A DNA stretch of 64,000 nucleotides from Acanthaster planci (taxonomy: Eukaryota), in NCBI RefSeq assembly GCF_001949145.1, contig NW_019091360.1:3284864-3348863 (forward strand). The letters run 5' to 3'. Position 1 is the stretch's first letter; the number at the start of each line of letters is the position of its first letter. The translations under genes were made by a program, and so were the position numbers. Below the pieces are notes generated by a model. It searched no databases and was not told where the DNA came from. It saw only the letters and a list, made by a program, of their open reading frames with translations. Below, piece after piece: positions 1-15,300 of this stretch.

Positions 1-212
1 AACTTCCACGGACCACAGAATATTCGCGGACCACAACTTCAGAATTCCTTGAGTATTTGGTGTGACTGGACATGCAGAGGCAATGTCACTTTTTCCATAA
101 CACAAGTACGTGTATACCAACGAGGACAGGTGAAACCACTTAAAATAATCCACCTGCAACATGCAATACTGCAGGAGCAATTTCAGTTGACCATGATGGC
201 CTGCCACCCTAC

Positions 213-369
213 CTGTAGACCCGGCTCCACTGGCTGGCTCGCCCAGCACTTTAGTCGCCCCTACCCCCACTGTAGACCTCACAATGAAGTCATAGGTGAC
301 TCCAGAGTCTAGACCAGTCACCCTCAGCTCCCGGGTGTTACTGTCGGTGGACCCTGCAAAGCTCTCAAC
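213..369 (-). CDS. Exon, FN3 d59 second half (VESFAGSTDSNTRELRVTGLDSGVTYDFIV...)
   Basis: tatcag|GTT...ACAG|gtaggg; phase 0-1; absent from ORF track, translated by hand. Confidence 0.88.
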
Positions 370-3300
370 CTGATATGGAATGGATGCAAGCAAACATTGC
401 AATAAGCAGCCTGTTGATGCACTGTTCACTGGTTCAGTTATCAGCAGGTCTGATGAATACAAAAACAAGATACCACAAACATTGCTTGTGTTAAAGTTAA
501 TATTGCTGTACTGTATGTTAGATGCTTCGATTTCCATTTGAATAAAGAATTTGTGCATGTTGCTTATTCTTTTGCACCTGTCTTCCTTGGACTCTGTAAG
601 ACACATCATAGCCACTGACTAATCCAACGGCTGGCTGCCACTCAATGATCAAGGAGACAGGGGTGACTTCACTGTTGGGCTTGACCCGCACATTGCTGGC
701 AGAGTTGGGACCTGGGGAGGGCGAAGATAGAGAACGGTGAGGGTTATTGATGATGAAGCAACACTGACTAGAAAGTTAATGTGGTTATGAAGTCACGATG
801 GTTGAAAGTCCTGCTTTATCAACTGCACAGCTTGGAAAAATGTTGAAACACTGCCACAGACCATTCTTTTGTACTGGGCCAAAAGATATCAGAGGTATTG
901 ACTATTCATTTTAGCTGTTTATATATTAAGCTTTTCTGCATGCATGTGATTGCGACCAAATACCCAATTGCTCTGCTCCACCATCAATTTTTACATTCAT
1001 AGTTTGAAAGCTTTGGGCAGAGCAATGGAAGTTGTGGACTTTGCGCTGCTCCTGTGTATATTGGTGGTTTTCCTCAGCCTAGTTTCAGAATGGTGGATCA
1101 TATCTAAGGTGGAGATTTTGTTTGGCATGACAACGTACGACATCTGAAAAACACTGTTCATGAGAGACAAACAAAAGTTGCAGAGGAATAATTAACTACA
1201 TGTTAACAAACAAAGACTGTGAAGTGAAGAAGTGTCCAGTTTGAGAAAAGGAGCAAAAGATCAGAACTGAAAACTCTACTTCAAAATTACAGATTACGTA
1301 TGATCATTTCACAAAGTAAATAGTATCCTGACTCACGTGTGCGCTGTTGTATGGTTGACGTTTGGTTCCCAGTGACTACCAGGACAGTGATGGTGTATTC
1401 GGTGCCAGGGGTCAGACCGGTCAGTGTGGCTGTGCGCTGGCTTTGACTCAATCTGTCTACTGAGCCTTGGGGCTGGACCGACGCCCCGTACAGGGCATTG
1501 GGGTCTGTCACCGCACCCCAGGCGATGGAGATGGTGGTGGTGGTGAAATCAAGAATGCCAATTTCCAGGGGGAGTAATGCAACTGAAGAGAATGAAATCA
1601 AGAAAAAAAAAACAGGTGATGGCAGGACTTGGCATACTTGATCAACTACTTCGACAACTTCCTGAGACCCAACTGTTCCTTGTGACAGATTGAGGCAGCG
1701 GGACATGCAAGTCCACAGCAATTTCCTTGTGACAGTGCACACTAAACACATCACAGGAATTTACAGGTGAGTTTTGTACTCATACCCACATTTGAGTGAT
1801 TGCCGTTGCTTTTGTGCACACTCCAGGGCCACTTTTGGGTTAAAGCGCTATGGAAATTAGAATCTTGCACAATGTAAATTAATAGCAACTCTCAACATTT
1901 TGCATTCGCATAACGTCCATTTGTATCAGGATAACATTCTGAGTTATACATCAAAAGAAAGAGCCCACTTCACTCTTTCTGATCCACAGCAGAGCAAATT
2001 ACTGGACATCTGGCATTATGGGCCTGTTTGTTTGACTTGTCTGAAGGCTGGTTCACTTCAAACATTCCATGGGCTTTAGAGCCAGTGTAAACATGATGAA
2101 TCACTGATCAAGCTCTGGATTCGTGCTACATCCATGTCATAGGCTCTGGTGCCAGTGAACCAATGGATCACTGATCGCGATCCGCATCTGCCAAAACCAA
2201 ATGCCCTGTAGGACCTGAGTCACAAATGGGTATCAATCAAATCAATGACAAGCATTACTTGTGCTTGCTTGGACTGTAGCCGCTTCGCTCTCCACAGCTG
2301 TTGAACCCCTCCCGGCTACGGTGGTCACAAACACGTTGTAGGTGGTGCCTGGCAGTAGATTCTCCACAGTGTAGGCGTTGACGTCGGCCTCCACGAACCC
2401 CAGGCTGGTCCGGGGCCCGCTCTCCCGACTGTACTCAATCTCAAACAGGTCCAGCTGGCTCAAGGGCATGTCCCACATCACGGTGACTGATGTCGGTGTG
2501 GCCTGTGGGGTGCTGACGGTCAGGTTGGCAGGGGGCAAGGGCCCTTTGACAAGGTGAAACATTAAACGTATTTAAGCAACATGAAGTACCTCTCACAAAC
2601 ATTACTTATCATATCTATCTCAACTGGGTTTGAATATAAGTTAAGTGTAGTTTAAAGCATTTCTTCTCTTGTATAATTTTGGTCATTACTGCCTTAAACC
2701 TTGCCAAAACAAAGCAATACAATCTTTTTATACGGCAAATATGTTTATCATATTTTTTTATTAAATACATAATGCATTACGGAGATGCATGAAGATATTC
2801 ACATAAGTGAGAAACATTACTTCATTGTTACGGTGGATTGTATGAAATTGTGAATTTTGTTCCAATGGGAAAAACTTACTTGTTCTCTTAACCAGGGTAC
2901 TTTGCTCGTTCTGTTCCACTATCAGGGTAATGGTGTACTCTGTGCCGGGAATGAGGTTGTTGAAGGTTACCACACGTTCATTTTCTCGGGGAACAACCAC
3001 ATCAGGCAAAGAACCAGGGCGGATCCGAAGGGCGTAGTTCATGAAAGAGCCACTAACGGCTCCCCAGCTGACGGTCAGGGAGGTGTTGTTAAAGTCCAGA
3101 CAGATGATCACACCAGGATTCAGGGTGTCTGAAAACATTCAAATGTTGGCAAAAATTGCAAGTCGCTTTATTCTTTCTTTTTTTAATGCTTCAAAGGTGG
3201 CAATGAGTTTAAATTTCTTTCCAGGACTAGATTTCTGTAGAATTAATATTCAATCATACTTCATAAGGATCTCAACGACCAAAGTCTCTCTTGAAATTCC

Positions 3301-6300
3301 AAACTAGGCCTGTGCCGGGTACCTGATGTTAACAAAAAATGGGTACCCGGTTCTAAAAATACCCGCAAATGCACACCCCTATTCCAAACCACCTCAATTA
3401 CTGCCACATCAAAAGTCGTCCAAAACAAACTGACAAAGGTTCTAATCTTAAGTCATTCTCATTTTCCTTATGTCAATGACACCAGAAAGGCTTACATGGA
3501 AGGATGCGGTTTAATCTAAGTCTCTCCGTGACCTTTTCAATAAAACAATCTTTAGAAACGAAATGGCACTGACATACTTGGTGATTTTCTGTCCACAGTT
3601 TCTTTGGTTTACAATCTGCTGAAGCTTTTTATTTCTTCGCATTCTGCCTCGTGGGGAGCAACATTGAAGAAATAACGGCTATCAAAGGAAACACTAACCT
3701 GTGCCGAAGGTGTTTGTAAGAGGAATGCTTTCCGTGATGAGGTTATCCCGACCGGAGATACTCTTGACTGAGAAGGAGTAGGAAGTGTTTGGGAGAAGGT
3801 TCTCCACACGGAGCTCTAGAGGGGAAGTAGCCTCGATGGTGATGGGCGGCCGTGGGGTGCCGTCTGCTGGGGAGTAGGTTACCTCGTACAGGTCCACCTC
3901 GCTGGCCCTAGCCTGCCAAGAGACGCCGATGCTGGTCGCTGTACGCGAACTGAGGGTCAGGGCTTGGGGGGCCAGGGGCACTGTAAGACAGAAATAAGTA
4001 GGAAAAGTGACATTGATTGAAAAAGCATAGGGAAGAATGTTGGGAAAGGATTGGGAGAGGTGAGAATGTCGGAAAATGATTGGGAGAGGATTGGAAAAAG
4101 TGACATGGTCGCGGCAAGGCAGGAATCAGCAATGCTTTGCTTTCATGGATTGAGCTTTGCGCAAGTGTTTTCACCACTGCGACAGCGAAACGCAAAGGGA
4201 ACTTGTAAATACAAGAGAAGTTTCTTTTCAAAAGTTACAAATGTCAGTAGGAAAACAGGCGTTTTAACGCGAGAAAAGGTTGTCAAACCTACCCCACCAC
4301 GGTAAATATTTTGATGATTTCTTTGAAATAAAGTGTGTCATTACGTCAAAGAGGATTAGCAATAGCCTGGACATTATTTCAGTGCCCGACTTCTCCCTTT
4401 ATTATGGTTTACCAGGCGCTAATCATGGTTTGTCGGACGCAAAAGCGCCAGCATGCCCACTTAATGTTGACCCCTGGTTAGGAAATACAGCTTTAAAAAC
4501 ATCACTTTTTAAGCAATTGCTAAACACGTCAAATGACAGTGATAATGTAGGAGCAGAAATCCAAGTAAGAGTCGGTTGATTTGATTGTGATTGGGGTATT
4601 GACAACAATAGTGGACAAAATGATAACTATCTGACACACTGCTTTAAATTTTACACTGTGACAAATTTACCAAAAAGCTAGTCCTGATAACACTGGTACA
4701 ATTCCCATCACAAAAGACATTTCCTAAAATGCATTGCGCCGAGGTCAGATTTTAATAATCTAGTGCACAGCCATATTTGTCATCTTCCCGTGGACTTAAA
4801 ACACAATGGTGACGGCAGGAGACACAAGAGAGATACTAACATGCCATATGTACTGGTTATGGGGATTCCCATGAAAATAAGGAATGCGCTAGTGGCCGAG
4901 TGGGTAAGGTTTACAACTTCCACACATGGGGTCAGGGGTTCGAGTCCTGCGGCTGGTGACAAGTTGTGACCTTAGGCAAGTCAGTTTACTCCCCTTTGTC
5001 TCTCTCCACCCAGGTGTTTTTTAAAGGGTACCTATGAGGGCAGAGGTGGATGTTGTGTTTGATCAGCTGTTTGCATCTGAAATGGAAGCATCAAGCTGTA
5101 AACTCCCTAGGGGGCTGACATGGTTTTAGGAATGTTTATAGCCTGGTGAGCAGGGGTAATAATCATGTAATGCCTTGAACACCATAAGTGGTGAATATGG
5201 GTATTTTAAACTAATCATTATTACTTATTACTGGCTGTTTATTATTTATTACTGGCTGTTTATTATTTATTACTGGCTGTTTATTATTTATTACTGGCTG
5301 GTTATTATTTATTACTGGCTGTTTATTATTTATTACTGGCTTGCAAAATACATATTAGCAGTTGTACAATATCATCTTTTTTTCTTGTATTAGGGAACTG
5401 GATTCTTATTAAGTACTGATTCTGAGTTGGGTCTTACATGTTCGTCCATTCTTCTGAAAATCGGCAACCAAGTTGTCGGGCCGGACTTGAACTGTGAACA
5501 AGTACGCTCGTCCAGGGTAGAGCCCACTGAGTACCAGGGTAGGGGTGTTGCCTGCGGACGCTGTGACCAGCCTAGGGTTGGAGCCGACTTGAGGGTCGAG
5601 GTAGACCCGATAGGAGGTGGCACCGGGAACCTCATTCCAGAGTAAGGTGATGGAGTTGGTGGTCACGTCTCGACAGATGATCATGTTGTTAGCAATCGCA
5701 TCTGAAATTGGAACACATCATTAGCCTAGCATGTTAAGGACGATCTAGACCCAATTTCAAGTAAGCAACAAATTTTCTTATGACTGCAGCAGGAAAATCT
5801 CAGCTGATGGTTGACATATTTCACAGGTAAGTAAGCTAGTACTTCTGGATTCTGTAAGTGCATACATCCTGTCAATAAGACTAAAGGTAAACTCAAGAGC
5901 TCCGGTTTCACAGAATTTGACGCCAAGTATAAATCTTAACCATTGTATGGTTATATTGTAAACTCAACCATTAGATTTGCAGGTAAAAGATGGTTTCAGA
6001 CACGTCTTACTCAAGTTCTGCTACCAGGTCTTTTTTAAGCACAAAAAGCATCCCATTGAGTACCATATATAAGGTTGCATGCAACCACGGACCATTTACC
6101 CAGGGATGTGCAACTTAAGCTCAGAGCAGGTACAGTTCGTGTTATGGCTGGCACAATATCAAAGCAGAAATTGAATTGGATTATGGATTAACATATATTC
6201 CTGTCTACCACTTTGTTTTCTTGTAATATTTTTTAGTCACGGTACACCCTTTCTAAAAATATGCTGCTCAAGATATTTGATCCTATACATTCTGAGAAAA

Positions 6301-9300
6301 GTGTAACATGAAATTGGGGAATTGCCTCATTAAAATTTCGTTTCTGCTTCAAATCGATAAGTAAAGAAGATTAATTCGTCAAAACGAATAGATTTAAGCA
6401 CCGCGTCGTCTCGGCATAACCATGGCTGCACCGTACATGCTGCAAGCTGCAACCCGTGTCATGTGGTCGCGAGTTTTTTCGAGAAAGTCGAGAGCGCCTG
6501 CGGGGGTAATAACAATCCGTAACACGCATGGAACCAAGGTCGCACATGTGTTTGCACTGGGGCCGCTCGCGGTTGCACATCTCTGGATAAATGCTCCGTG
6601 ATGCAAATCAGTAGACAGCATGTTAAGAACATTGTACACAAAGGTCAAAATTAACATGAGACCATCTTGGAAACTAGAGTCATTGTTTAACCTGATACTA
6701 GTAGCAGGTCTCAGGGTTGGTTTTGGTAACAGACTTGATTGTAGTCTTGAGAGTCACTCACCTGTTGTGTAGGTTTGCCTCTGTGTGGTGCTACCGTCCT
6801 GCATGTCAAAGTTCTGCGAGCTGTCGGCCAGCAGGACAGTGCCCACCGACACGGTGTAGTCGGTCTCCGGGTCCAGGCCAGTGAAGGCCTGCTGGGTAGG
6901 CTCTGTTGGCAAGACGGGTTCGGCAAGCATCTCGTTGCCGGTGGGGTCTGTGATGGAGACTCGGTAGTAATCGAAGGAGTCGGCCGGAGCAGGCACCCAG
7001 GAGATGGTGAGGGAGGTTGGGGTGCTTCCTACCAGGCTGATGGCACCTGGAGAACTTGGGTCTGAGAAACAGAATAAAGCAAAGGCAGGCAAAACTGAAC
7101 TAATTTGATCTCGGATGTCAGGGAACCTCTAAGAAGTCAGGACATTCCCATTGGAAGGTTGCTTTATAAAACATCAATTTCTGGCGGACATTAGGAGAAG
7201 TTGCTGCATTCCAATTTGAACACGCTTTCCCCAAAATTAGTACATATACACGTAACCCAATACCCTCACGTGGGAACGAGCTGCATTCCAACAAAAAAAA
7301 GGCGGATAAGACTGAAACGCTGTATGCTATGTGCCTAGCATTTCCTGATAAAAGTAACTCAGGAGTGTCTTCGTGCCATATCCATTGCCAACGAGCATGT
7401 TGCCCTACTCAAGATAAGAAATGTCAGCCCACGGATCCTCCATCTTTCATACCAAATACCAGTAACATTCAAAACTCTGCCGGTAGAGTTCTTAGCGCAT
7501 GTTCTGAATCATAAACATATGCGCTACTTTGTCTCAAACTTAAACGTAATGAGGGAAATGCAGGCACGACTCGTGCCACAACATTACAAAAATAACTTAT
7601 CATCGAACTTTGCCTTAATGTGACTGAGGGTAAATTATTAGACAGGGGTTTTGCCCTAGATCAAGGTGGGGTACTTTGGGGTACCCCTTAGCTGTATAAC
7701 ACTGCCAAACCAGCTTACCACAGATCAAGGTGACTGCGGGGTACCCCTTAGCTGTATAACACTGCCAAACCAGCTTACCACAGCAATATTCACTAATGCT
7801 ACAATCTATCACTAGAAGCTCAAAGGCAATATACAAATACACATGCATGTTAAGCATGATGAAAGTCTTTTGCCTAATCGATTCACAACCCCAAGGGGAA
7901 GTATAAGCACAGAATACCTGAATAAATAAGTAAATAAATGGATAAAATAGTTGAAACGTACAACAACTGAAACTTTAAGTGAGTATGGAAGCATCTTCTA
8001 GAAGCCTAGGCTTACAGTGAGATGCTTTAGATGGACTAACACGTACATGGACAGACAATAACGTGGCAACTGAGCTGAAACAGTGGCCCCAAGGGGAACC
8101 CATGAGTATTTGAAGAAGACTGGTTGACCACACCTGGTACGAGGTAATAAAATATCTATGCGCCTTAGCTAAAGTTACCATACAAAGGAGGCAACTGGGA
8201 CTGCTACGACTTTTATCTGGACACTTATCATGACCCATGAGAGGAAGAAGTTTGCTTTTTGCCAGGCAAGCATGATCCAGCGACTGCAGGTTACATACGT
8301 ACTTGTTCTGACGGCTGCCCCAAACGATGTTCCCGCGACAAAGTTGATGAGGGGCACAATGGTGATGGTGTAGACTCTGGCTGGTTGGAGCGGGGAGAAC
8401 TCTGCCTCCAGTACATTGTCATTGATGGTTGGAATTCCCGGAGCGTTGATGGTGATTGTGTACAAGGAGGCACCAGATACAGCTCCCCAGATGACGACGA
8501 CGCTGTTCTCAGAGACACTCTGGACAAACACTTCCCTTTCCATCAGAGTACCTTGGATAGTTGAAGGGATCATGATCACACTGTTATATATAAGAAAACT
8601 ACAGGCAGAACAGCTTGCTGAAATCATGACTGTTTCTCTTATTCTGATGCTGGGTAAATGGTTTCCTTGTGGAGTAATCAACATATTTCTTGTTCAACAG
8701 GAAAAAGTATGAATTCATGAAGTACTGAAAGGGTTAAACCAATTTTTCGATATTGAGACAAACAGGGGTCTGGTACCTGTCACCCCAGACACAGCAATGG
8801 GTGGACTCCTCTGATCTCCTGCCACCACCACCAGCCTGAATGTGTAATTCCGGCCTGGATCCAGTCCGGTGATTGTGTAGGAAGTGGCACCTGAGCCCAG
8901 GCTGATTGTGGGTCGATTGACAGGTGGTCCAGCATCGAAGGAGGTCACGGTGATGTCATAAGAGGTTAGGATACCGCCCCCTGAAGCCCACTGGAGGGCC
9001 ACTGATGCTGGAGATGTGGCAGTTACTCGCAAGTTGATGGCTGGCAGGGGCACTAACATTTATCCAAGAAAACACAAATACAGTTTCTGCATGACCATTT
9101 TATGACCATATTATCGTAAACTGTTAAGCTCATGGCAGGATGTCTTGAAAACAAATTCCTTGTCCAGCCTCCACACAGCCGATTGTGACATTACAATAAT
9201 GGCAACCAGGCATGCTGTCAATCTGGTAGGCCATTTACGGATAGTCCACTTGACCATTTCTACAAATCAGTCCGATCTCTCTAGCTACAGATTTTGGATG

Positions 9301-12300
9301 TGGAGGCAAAAGGGGGAATTTTTCTACCAAAAACAACAATACCAATTGCCCCCAATTTCATCTTTGAAAGTAATTTGAAAGGCCATTGTTTGGGTGTTAT
9401 GAAGTACTCTCTCCAGTGGTGTGGCTAGCGAAATGTCCCAGGGGAGGGGCATCCAAGGGTGCACACATTCTTTCAAGGGGACACCACAAGCACACAAGGT
9501 GCAAAGGTTCAAAGATTTCAAATGAGGGGGCCACCCCCCAAAAGTTACGCCACTGGCTATTCCACTTTGCCTTTTGTGACTTAGGCTACTCCCTGAACGT
9601 GAAATGAGTGCACAAATTCTGAGCCTGTGACATCAAGCTTCATCAGCTATCATTGTTAAGCGACATAGCGCCCACTTCAGTGCATGCATGGAGCCCTATA
9701 TCCTCCATACACAGAGTTTCCCTTACTTGTTCTCTGCACAGCAAAGCCCACTCGGTCGGAATCAGCAATCAGCCTGACTGTTATGTTGTATTCCTCTCCT
9801 GGGATAAGCCCACCGAAAACAGCTCGCCGTCTGACTCCATCGACAGTCGGTGGGATACCGGGATCAGGGAGGATCCCCAAGGATGTGTCAAGGTATCCAG
9901 GGAGGTGGTCGCCACCGCCCCAGGTGATTTCAATTTCATTGCGCGAGTAGGAGAGGATGATGACCTCGGCTGGGTTGGCAAGGCCTGAAACAGCATCAAG
10001 GAAGATAGGAAGAAGTCAGGGAGTGTGTACTTGGAGGAATTGGAACTTAGACATGGGAGTGCTGGCCAATCTAATCGGGAACCCAAGTAGGAACAGTCTG
10101 GGCAAACCTGCTATTCCCCTACAAGTAAATCTACCCGTGTGCATGCATATCAACTTGGGTACAGCCTGTTCATCACTGCTCATGCCTCAAGGAGCACATT
10201 AGGTACTGAAGGCATGCTCCAAATAAATAAACTGTTATTCCAAAGAATTTCAAGAGGCTATCTTTATTTAACGTGGGCTGACATTACTGATTCAGGTCTA
10301 TCCCACTATGTAGGCAGAGAAATAAACAGGATTCAGGACAATATAATTGAAATCAGTTTGGTCAATATTTTTGACCTCGGTAGGCCTGTTAACCACTTCG
10401 GACCGGGGCATTTTTCAACGTNNNNNNNNNNNNNNNNNNNNNNNNNNNNNNNNNNNNNNNNNNNNNNNNNNNNNNNNNNNNNNNNNNNNNNNNNNNNNNN
10501 NNNNNNNNNNNNNNNNNNNNNNNNNNNNNNNNNNNNNNNNNNNNNNNNNNNNNNNNNNNNNNNNNNNNNNNNNNNNNNNNNNNNNNNNNNNNNNNNNNNN
10601 NNNNNNNNNNNNNNNNNNNNNNNNNNNNNNNNNNNNNNNNNNNNNNNNNNNNNNNNNNNNNNNNNNNNNNNNNNNNNNNNNNNNNNNNNNNNNNNNNNNN
10701 NNNNNNNNNNNNNNNNNNNNNNNNNNNNNNNNNNNNNNNNNNNNNNNNNNNNNNNNNNNNNNNNNNNNNNNNNNNNNNNNNNNNNNNNNNNNNNNNNNNN
10801 NNNNNNNNNNNNNNNNNNNNNNNNNNNNNNNNNCCAGCTGGTAGTGGTTAAGGTGTAGATATCCTCTTTGGGGTTTCTACCAAAATGAAGATTCAGGGCA
10901 CAATATATCTCTGCTAAAAGTATGAATATAATATCTTAACATATTTTGCAGCATCTGATCTTCACATGAAAAAAAGAACAGTGTTTGATATGGAAATTAT
11001 ATACCATTACCTGTGGAGGCAGAGATTTCAGTGAAGTCACTACTGGACTCGCAGCCCTCGCCATTAGACACTGTCTGAGCGGCAATGCGGTAAGTGGTGT
11101 TGGGGAACAATCCCTCCACTGTGGCATTGCCTTCAAGCATGCCGATCTCCGTGGCCAGGACCCTGGGCCCATCGTCTAGACTGTACCAGACCCTGAAGGA
11201 AGTGAACTCGGTCAGGCCGCTGGGATCGTCAACGTTGACAGTGATGCTGGTCGCTGTTTCACTGATTCGAGTCAATAAACTGGGCCGCAGAGGTTCTGAA
11301 GGAATTTGACAGAAAAAAAAACTAATTAGTAAAGCAACTCCTAAATCTTCGTTTTAATTACATAAGCAGTGTCAGCAAACAATCTGCCAGAGAGAAGAAC
11401 AGCTGTGCTCACTGGTGGCATATTCCATGGATTAAACGGAAGAAAGCTTGTGCAGCAGGGGATAGGTTCACAATTAGCTCGCTGTTTCTCAATGAAGTCT
11501 TCTGCTTCTGCTGCTGTGCTTTTTACTCAGCCTGGTGCTTAAAAACCTCTTTGAAAGGAATAGTTCTGTCAGCAGAGTCTCGGGCCGCGTCCGAAACGGG
11601 CTTCCAGAGCTATGGCTAGGTCTATTGTCTACGCGTCTCCACGAATTTCCGATGGAATGAAGACCTAGACTTAGCTCTAGACAAGAGATTAGGATGCAGC
11701 CCCTGTGTCAAATTGTCAGTTTGGTCTCACGCACTGAAGAACAGCGTGAAGTTCAACACAACCAGTTGACTGAGAATGCTTCATTATCCCGCCCCTTTTC
11801 GAGTTTCTTACTTGTTCTGATTGCGATTGAGCCTGTCACTGAGGCTACCGCCACCGATATGGTGTACTTGCGACCGGGGTAGAGGCCGTTAAAATCCTGA
11901 AGTCTGGGCTGGTTTCGCGCCACGGTGCGAGTGATCGGCGAACCTACGCTGGACGTCAAGGCCACCTGATACGGGTCAGTGGTTCCTTCCACCTCACCCC
12001 AGGTCACCTGCAGGCTGGTGGTTGTCAGATTCCTCACAATGACTTCTGCCGGCTCCGCGGGCACTGAAACGTTTCCAAACAAATGTGAGTCATAATAAAC
12101 CTCATCACCTTAATAAGCACAAATCGACTTGCATTTTTACACAGGGGTACAGAATGCCATTTTATTTCTAAAATGCAGCACAGGAGCTCACCACTAGCAC
12201 TGACGTCCCTAACCCTTGACATAAATTTGCACAGGACAAATTGTTGGGGAATGTCTTTTACTGGGAACCGACTTGATATCCTCACTTTTCAGGATGTGCA

Positions 12301-15300
12301 TGCCGGTGTTTGGATAAATCCAAGGGGGATGGTTTTTTTCAGTTCTGCTCATTCTTATGCACACTGAAAAGTGGTTAAAAGAATCTGATCAAAACTGTTT
12401 TGCTAATTTGAAAGGGGATTGGTGCCTTTTTGATTTTTATGCTAATGCAAATTTTCAAATTGATGAGCAAAACTAAGATTTCATTCTGGGGAAACGGCTG
12501 AATGTTGCATTGATCTGTGCACAAAAAAGTTGTGAAATTTGTGCATTTTTGCTGTTCTTAATTTCCTTAATTTGCTTAATAAGCCAACTAGCAACCCTTT
12601 CTCAGGGATGCTTTCAATGAGCAAATCTAGGGCTCACAATTTGAATGGCAAAAAGTGAGCAGTGACTTTCCTGATTGATATGAAAGCAACAGCGCCCTCT
12701 GTCGCTCAGGAAAGCATGAAAAATGTTATGTTTTCAAATAAAGTGCACTTTTCAATACGCTTTACATGGAAGAAGGGTATAATGTTACACAAAACAGGAA
12801 CCTAAGAAGGCATCAATGCCTGGACCTTATAGGTACGGGGCTTTCAGACTCACTGGTTGAGAATGTCGCCCTCTCTCTTGCACTTGCTGTCCTTAGTGGC
12901 GTCTCAGTCAGACTAACGACCCTGAAGGCATAGGCTGTCTCGGGCAGCAGGTTGGAGACGGTGACATCCCGCGCGTCCATGCGACCAATCAGGGACGGTG
13001 ATGCTGGGGTGCCGTCGTTGGGCAGGTAGAAGATCTCGTAGTAGGCGAACTCCCCGCCTGTGGGTTCATCCCAGGTTAGTCGTAGGGTAGTAGATGTGGG
13101 TGGCGCCAACAGCCTGAGTCCACTTGCTGGTAATGGAACTAAGATAATATGAAAGTAAAGATAAATTAGTCTTTGGTTTAGTTTGCTGAACCGTGAACCT
13201 CAGATCCCAAAACCATGGGAAGGTTTGGAGATTTTGTTGGGTTGAGGAAGGTAGATTCCAACCTCCATTGCTTCACTTAAAGCTTGAGCACAAAGAATGC
13301 TGTAATGTTTCCTGCGAAGAGGAGGATTTTGGATGATTCAGGGAATTCCTGTCACAGACTGGTCAGAGAGTTTAGGCTGGGAGGTGGGCACCACTGCATA
13401 CTTGCCTTTCAAATGGAAATTGCAACTCATCATACATTTGACAGGAAAGTTTCATGTTGTATTATTATGTGTCATCTACCCCAGCATGACCAAGAGAGGG
13501 CGCAATTTTCCTAGCTCCTTTGGTGGGAACTGCACTTCCCGGGTTCACAAACAACTACGAAAATTTTGTTGGCTGAAGTTGATACAAGTTCCCAGTTCAG
13601 GTTTTAATACAGCAGGTGTTCATTGTTCAATTTGACTTACTTGTTCGTCGCCGAGTACTGAGGAAGTCTGACCCGTAGCCGACGTCAACGTTGTACAGCC
13701 GGCCCGGCATCAGGCCCTCAAATGTGAAGTAGAAGAGATCTTCTCGTGTGATGCTAGCAATAGGCACAATCTGAGTTGCCGTGGTAGGTCTGGCTTCGCC
13801 ATCCAGGTAGACATAGAGAAGGTAGAAGTTGTTGCCCGTGATGTGCTTCCAGACGATGGCGATGGTAGTTGCCGTGTAGTCTTGAATAATGACCTGGTTG
13901 TCCGGCACAGAAGCTGTTGGAGAAATAGAACAATACGCCAACGATTAAGCAAGTTAAAACAGTGAGGTCACAGGGCTGGACTATAAAGCACATACACTCA
14001 TAAGCCAGAGGTTTATGGTTTGATATCTCTATGTTTTCAAAGTAGCATTAGTTTCATATTTCATATTTATCAGGTGAAGCAAATAAATACTCAAGAATAA
14101 GTAGGGTAAGGGAGATGCAGTTAGCTTTCGGCACTCTGGGAGGCAAATTTTCCTTTGCAAATTAAAAACACTTCAGCCAGGAACTGTTCGGTCATATGAC
14201 CATCAAAAAAGATGCTACTATTAGTTCTCTATTTGTGACCCGGTACATTGTAAACAGGAATAAGTCGCTGAGGCCGTTCTACGTAATGGCTGAGTAAAGT
14301 GGGAAGCAGGTAAATGTTGAAAAAATCAATGTGGCGATTTCTGTATATTTTGGATAAAAGGTTATCATCAACACACTTGTAATGTGTACCATTTGAAAGC
14401 TTCTGACCATGTACATACCTCAATAAGTCAATTTGCGACTGATTCCTGATTTCGATGTACCGGGTCACATTTTTGGTTTCAATTTTTACTGTCATACAGG
14501 AAAAGTTTGAGTTCTGCACAGCAAAATACATCAACTTGATTTTAAGCAAGTGAGCAAGCAGTCGGAAGTGTACATTCACATGCACTCAATGGCTATCCAT
14601 TTGTGACAACCACTCCTTAATATACCGTTCCATAACACTTGATTTTAAGGTTCATAGTAGTGGCGCTGATGAGCTACAGAAGAATGGTTGCCGAAATAGG
14701 TACAGTCTTACAAACCATAAGAAAAAAATACTTTCAGCCCAAGTGCATGCAAACTTTCCACCAGAGCTGTTCACTCCCTATTTTGTCAAATCAGTACAGA
14801 CACACAGCCTTGTGAAAAGTGTTAACTGGAGCAACGGGATAGACAGATGATGTATTCTGCTTACTTGTTTGGGTCGTTCGGATGCACGGGTTGTCACTTG
14901 CACAGAAACCGTCTCCGGCAAGATTGTGCGCTAGAGCTTGGATGCTGACCACGTAACAGGTGTCAGGGAACAGGCCGTCAATGGTGAACCTGTGGTCAAT
15001 TTGAAAAGGGAAGAACTTGTTTCAATGAAATAACATCGGGAAAGTCTCTAGTTGTGTAATTGAAAAATGCTTGACTTATTCAATCTTGTGTGTGACCCTC
15101 GGGGGTTGTGTGAAGGAATTCAGCGGAGCATTTGTGCAGGAACGGAAGAGGGTGCCAGTAACGGAAGAGGGTGCCAGTAACGGAAGAGGGTGCCAGTAAC
15201 GGAAGAGGGTGCCAGTAACGGAAGAGGGTGCCAGTAACGGAAGAGGGTGCCAGTAACGGAAGAGGGTGCCAGTTATACTCAAAGCAAAAGCTATGCCACA

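Noticed and set aside
4881..4960. tRNA genes at 4881-4960, about 15545-15610 and about 63290-63367
   Set aside because: A/B boxes are present but I could not fold a full cloverleaf, and each continues into SINE-like body sequence; two have diverged homologs elsewhere in the window.
10139..10858. Long plus-strand ORFs of 239 and 165 aa
   Set aside because: Artefacts of the N gap.
12690..12705. CTCF-like motif (gcgacagagggcgctg on the minus strand)
   Set aside because: Single short motif without supporting data; it may belong to a repeat remnant.
15141..15273. Possible CRISPR-like arrays (also 30412-30649, 40264-40451, 54063-54479)
   Set aside because: Head-to-tail units with no unique spacers, no cas genes, eukaryotic intron context: these are minisatellites.
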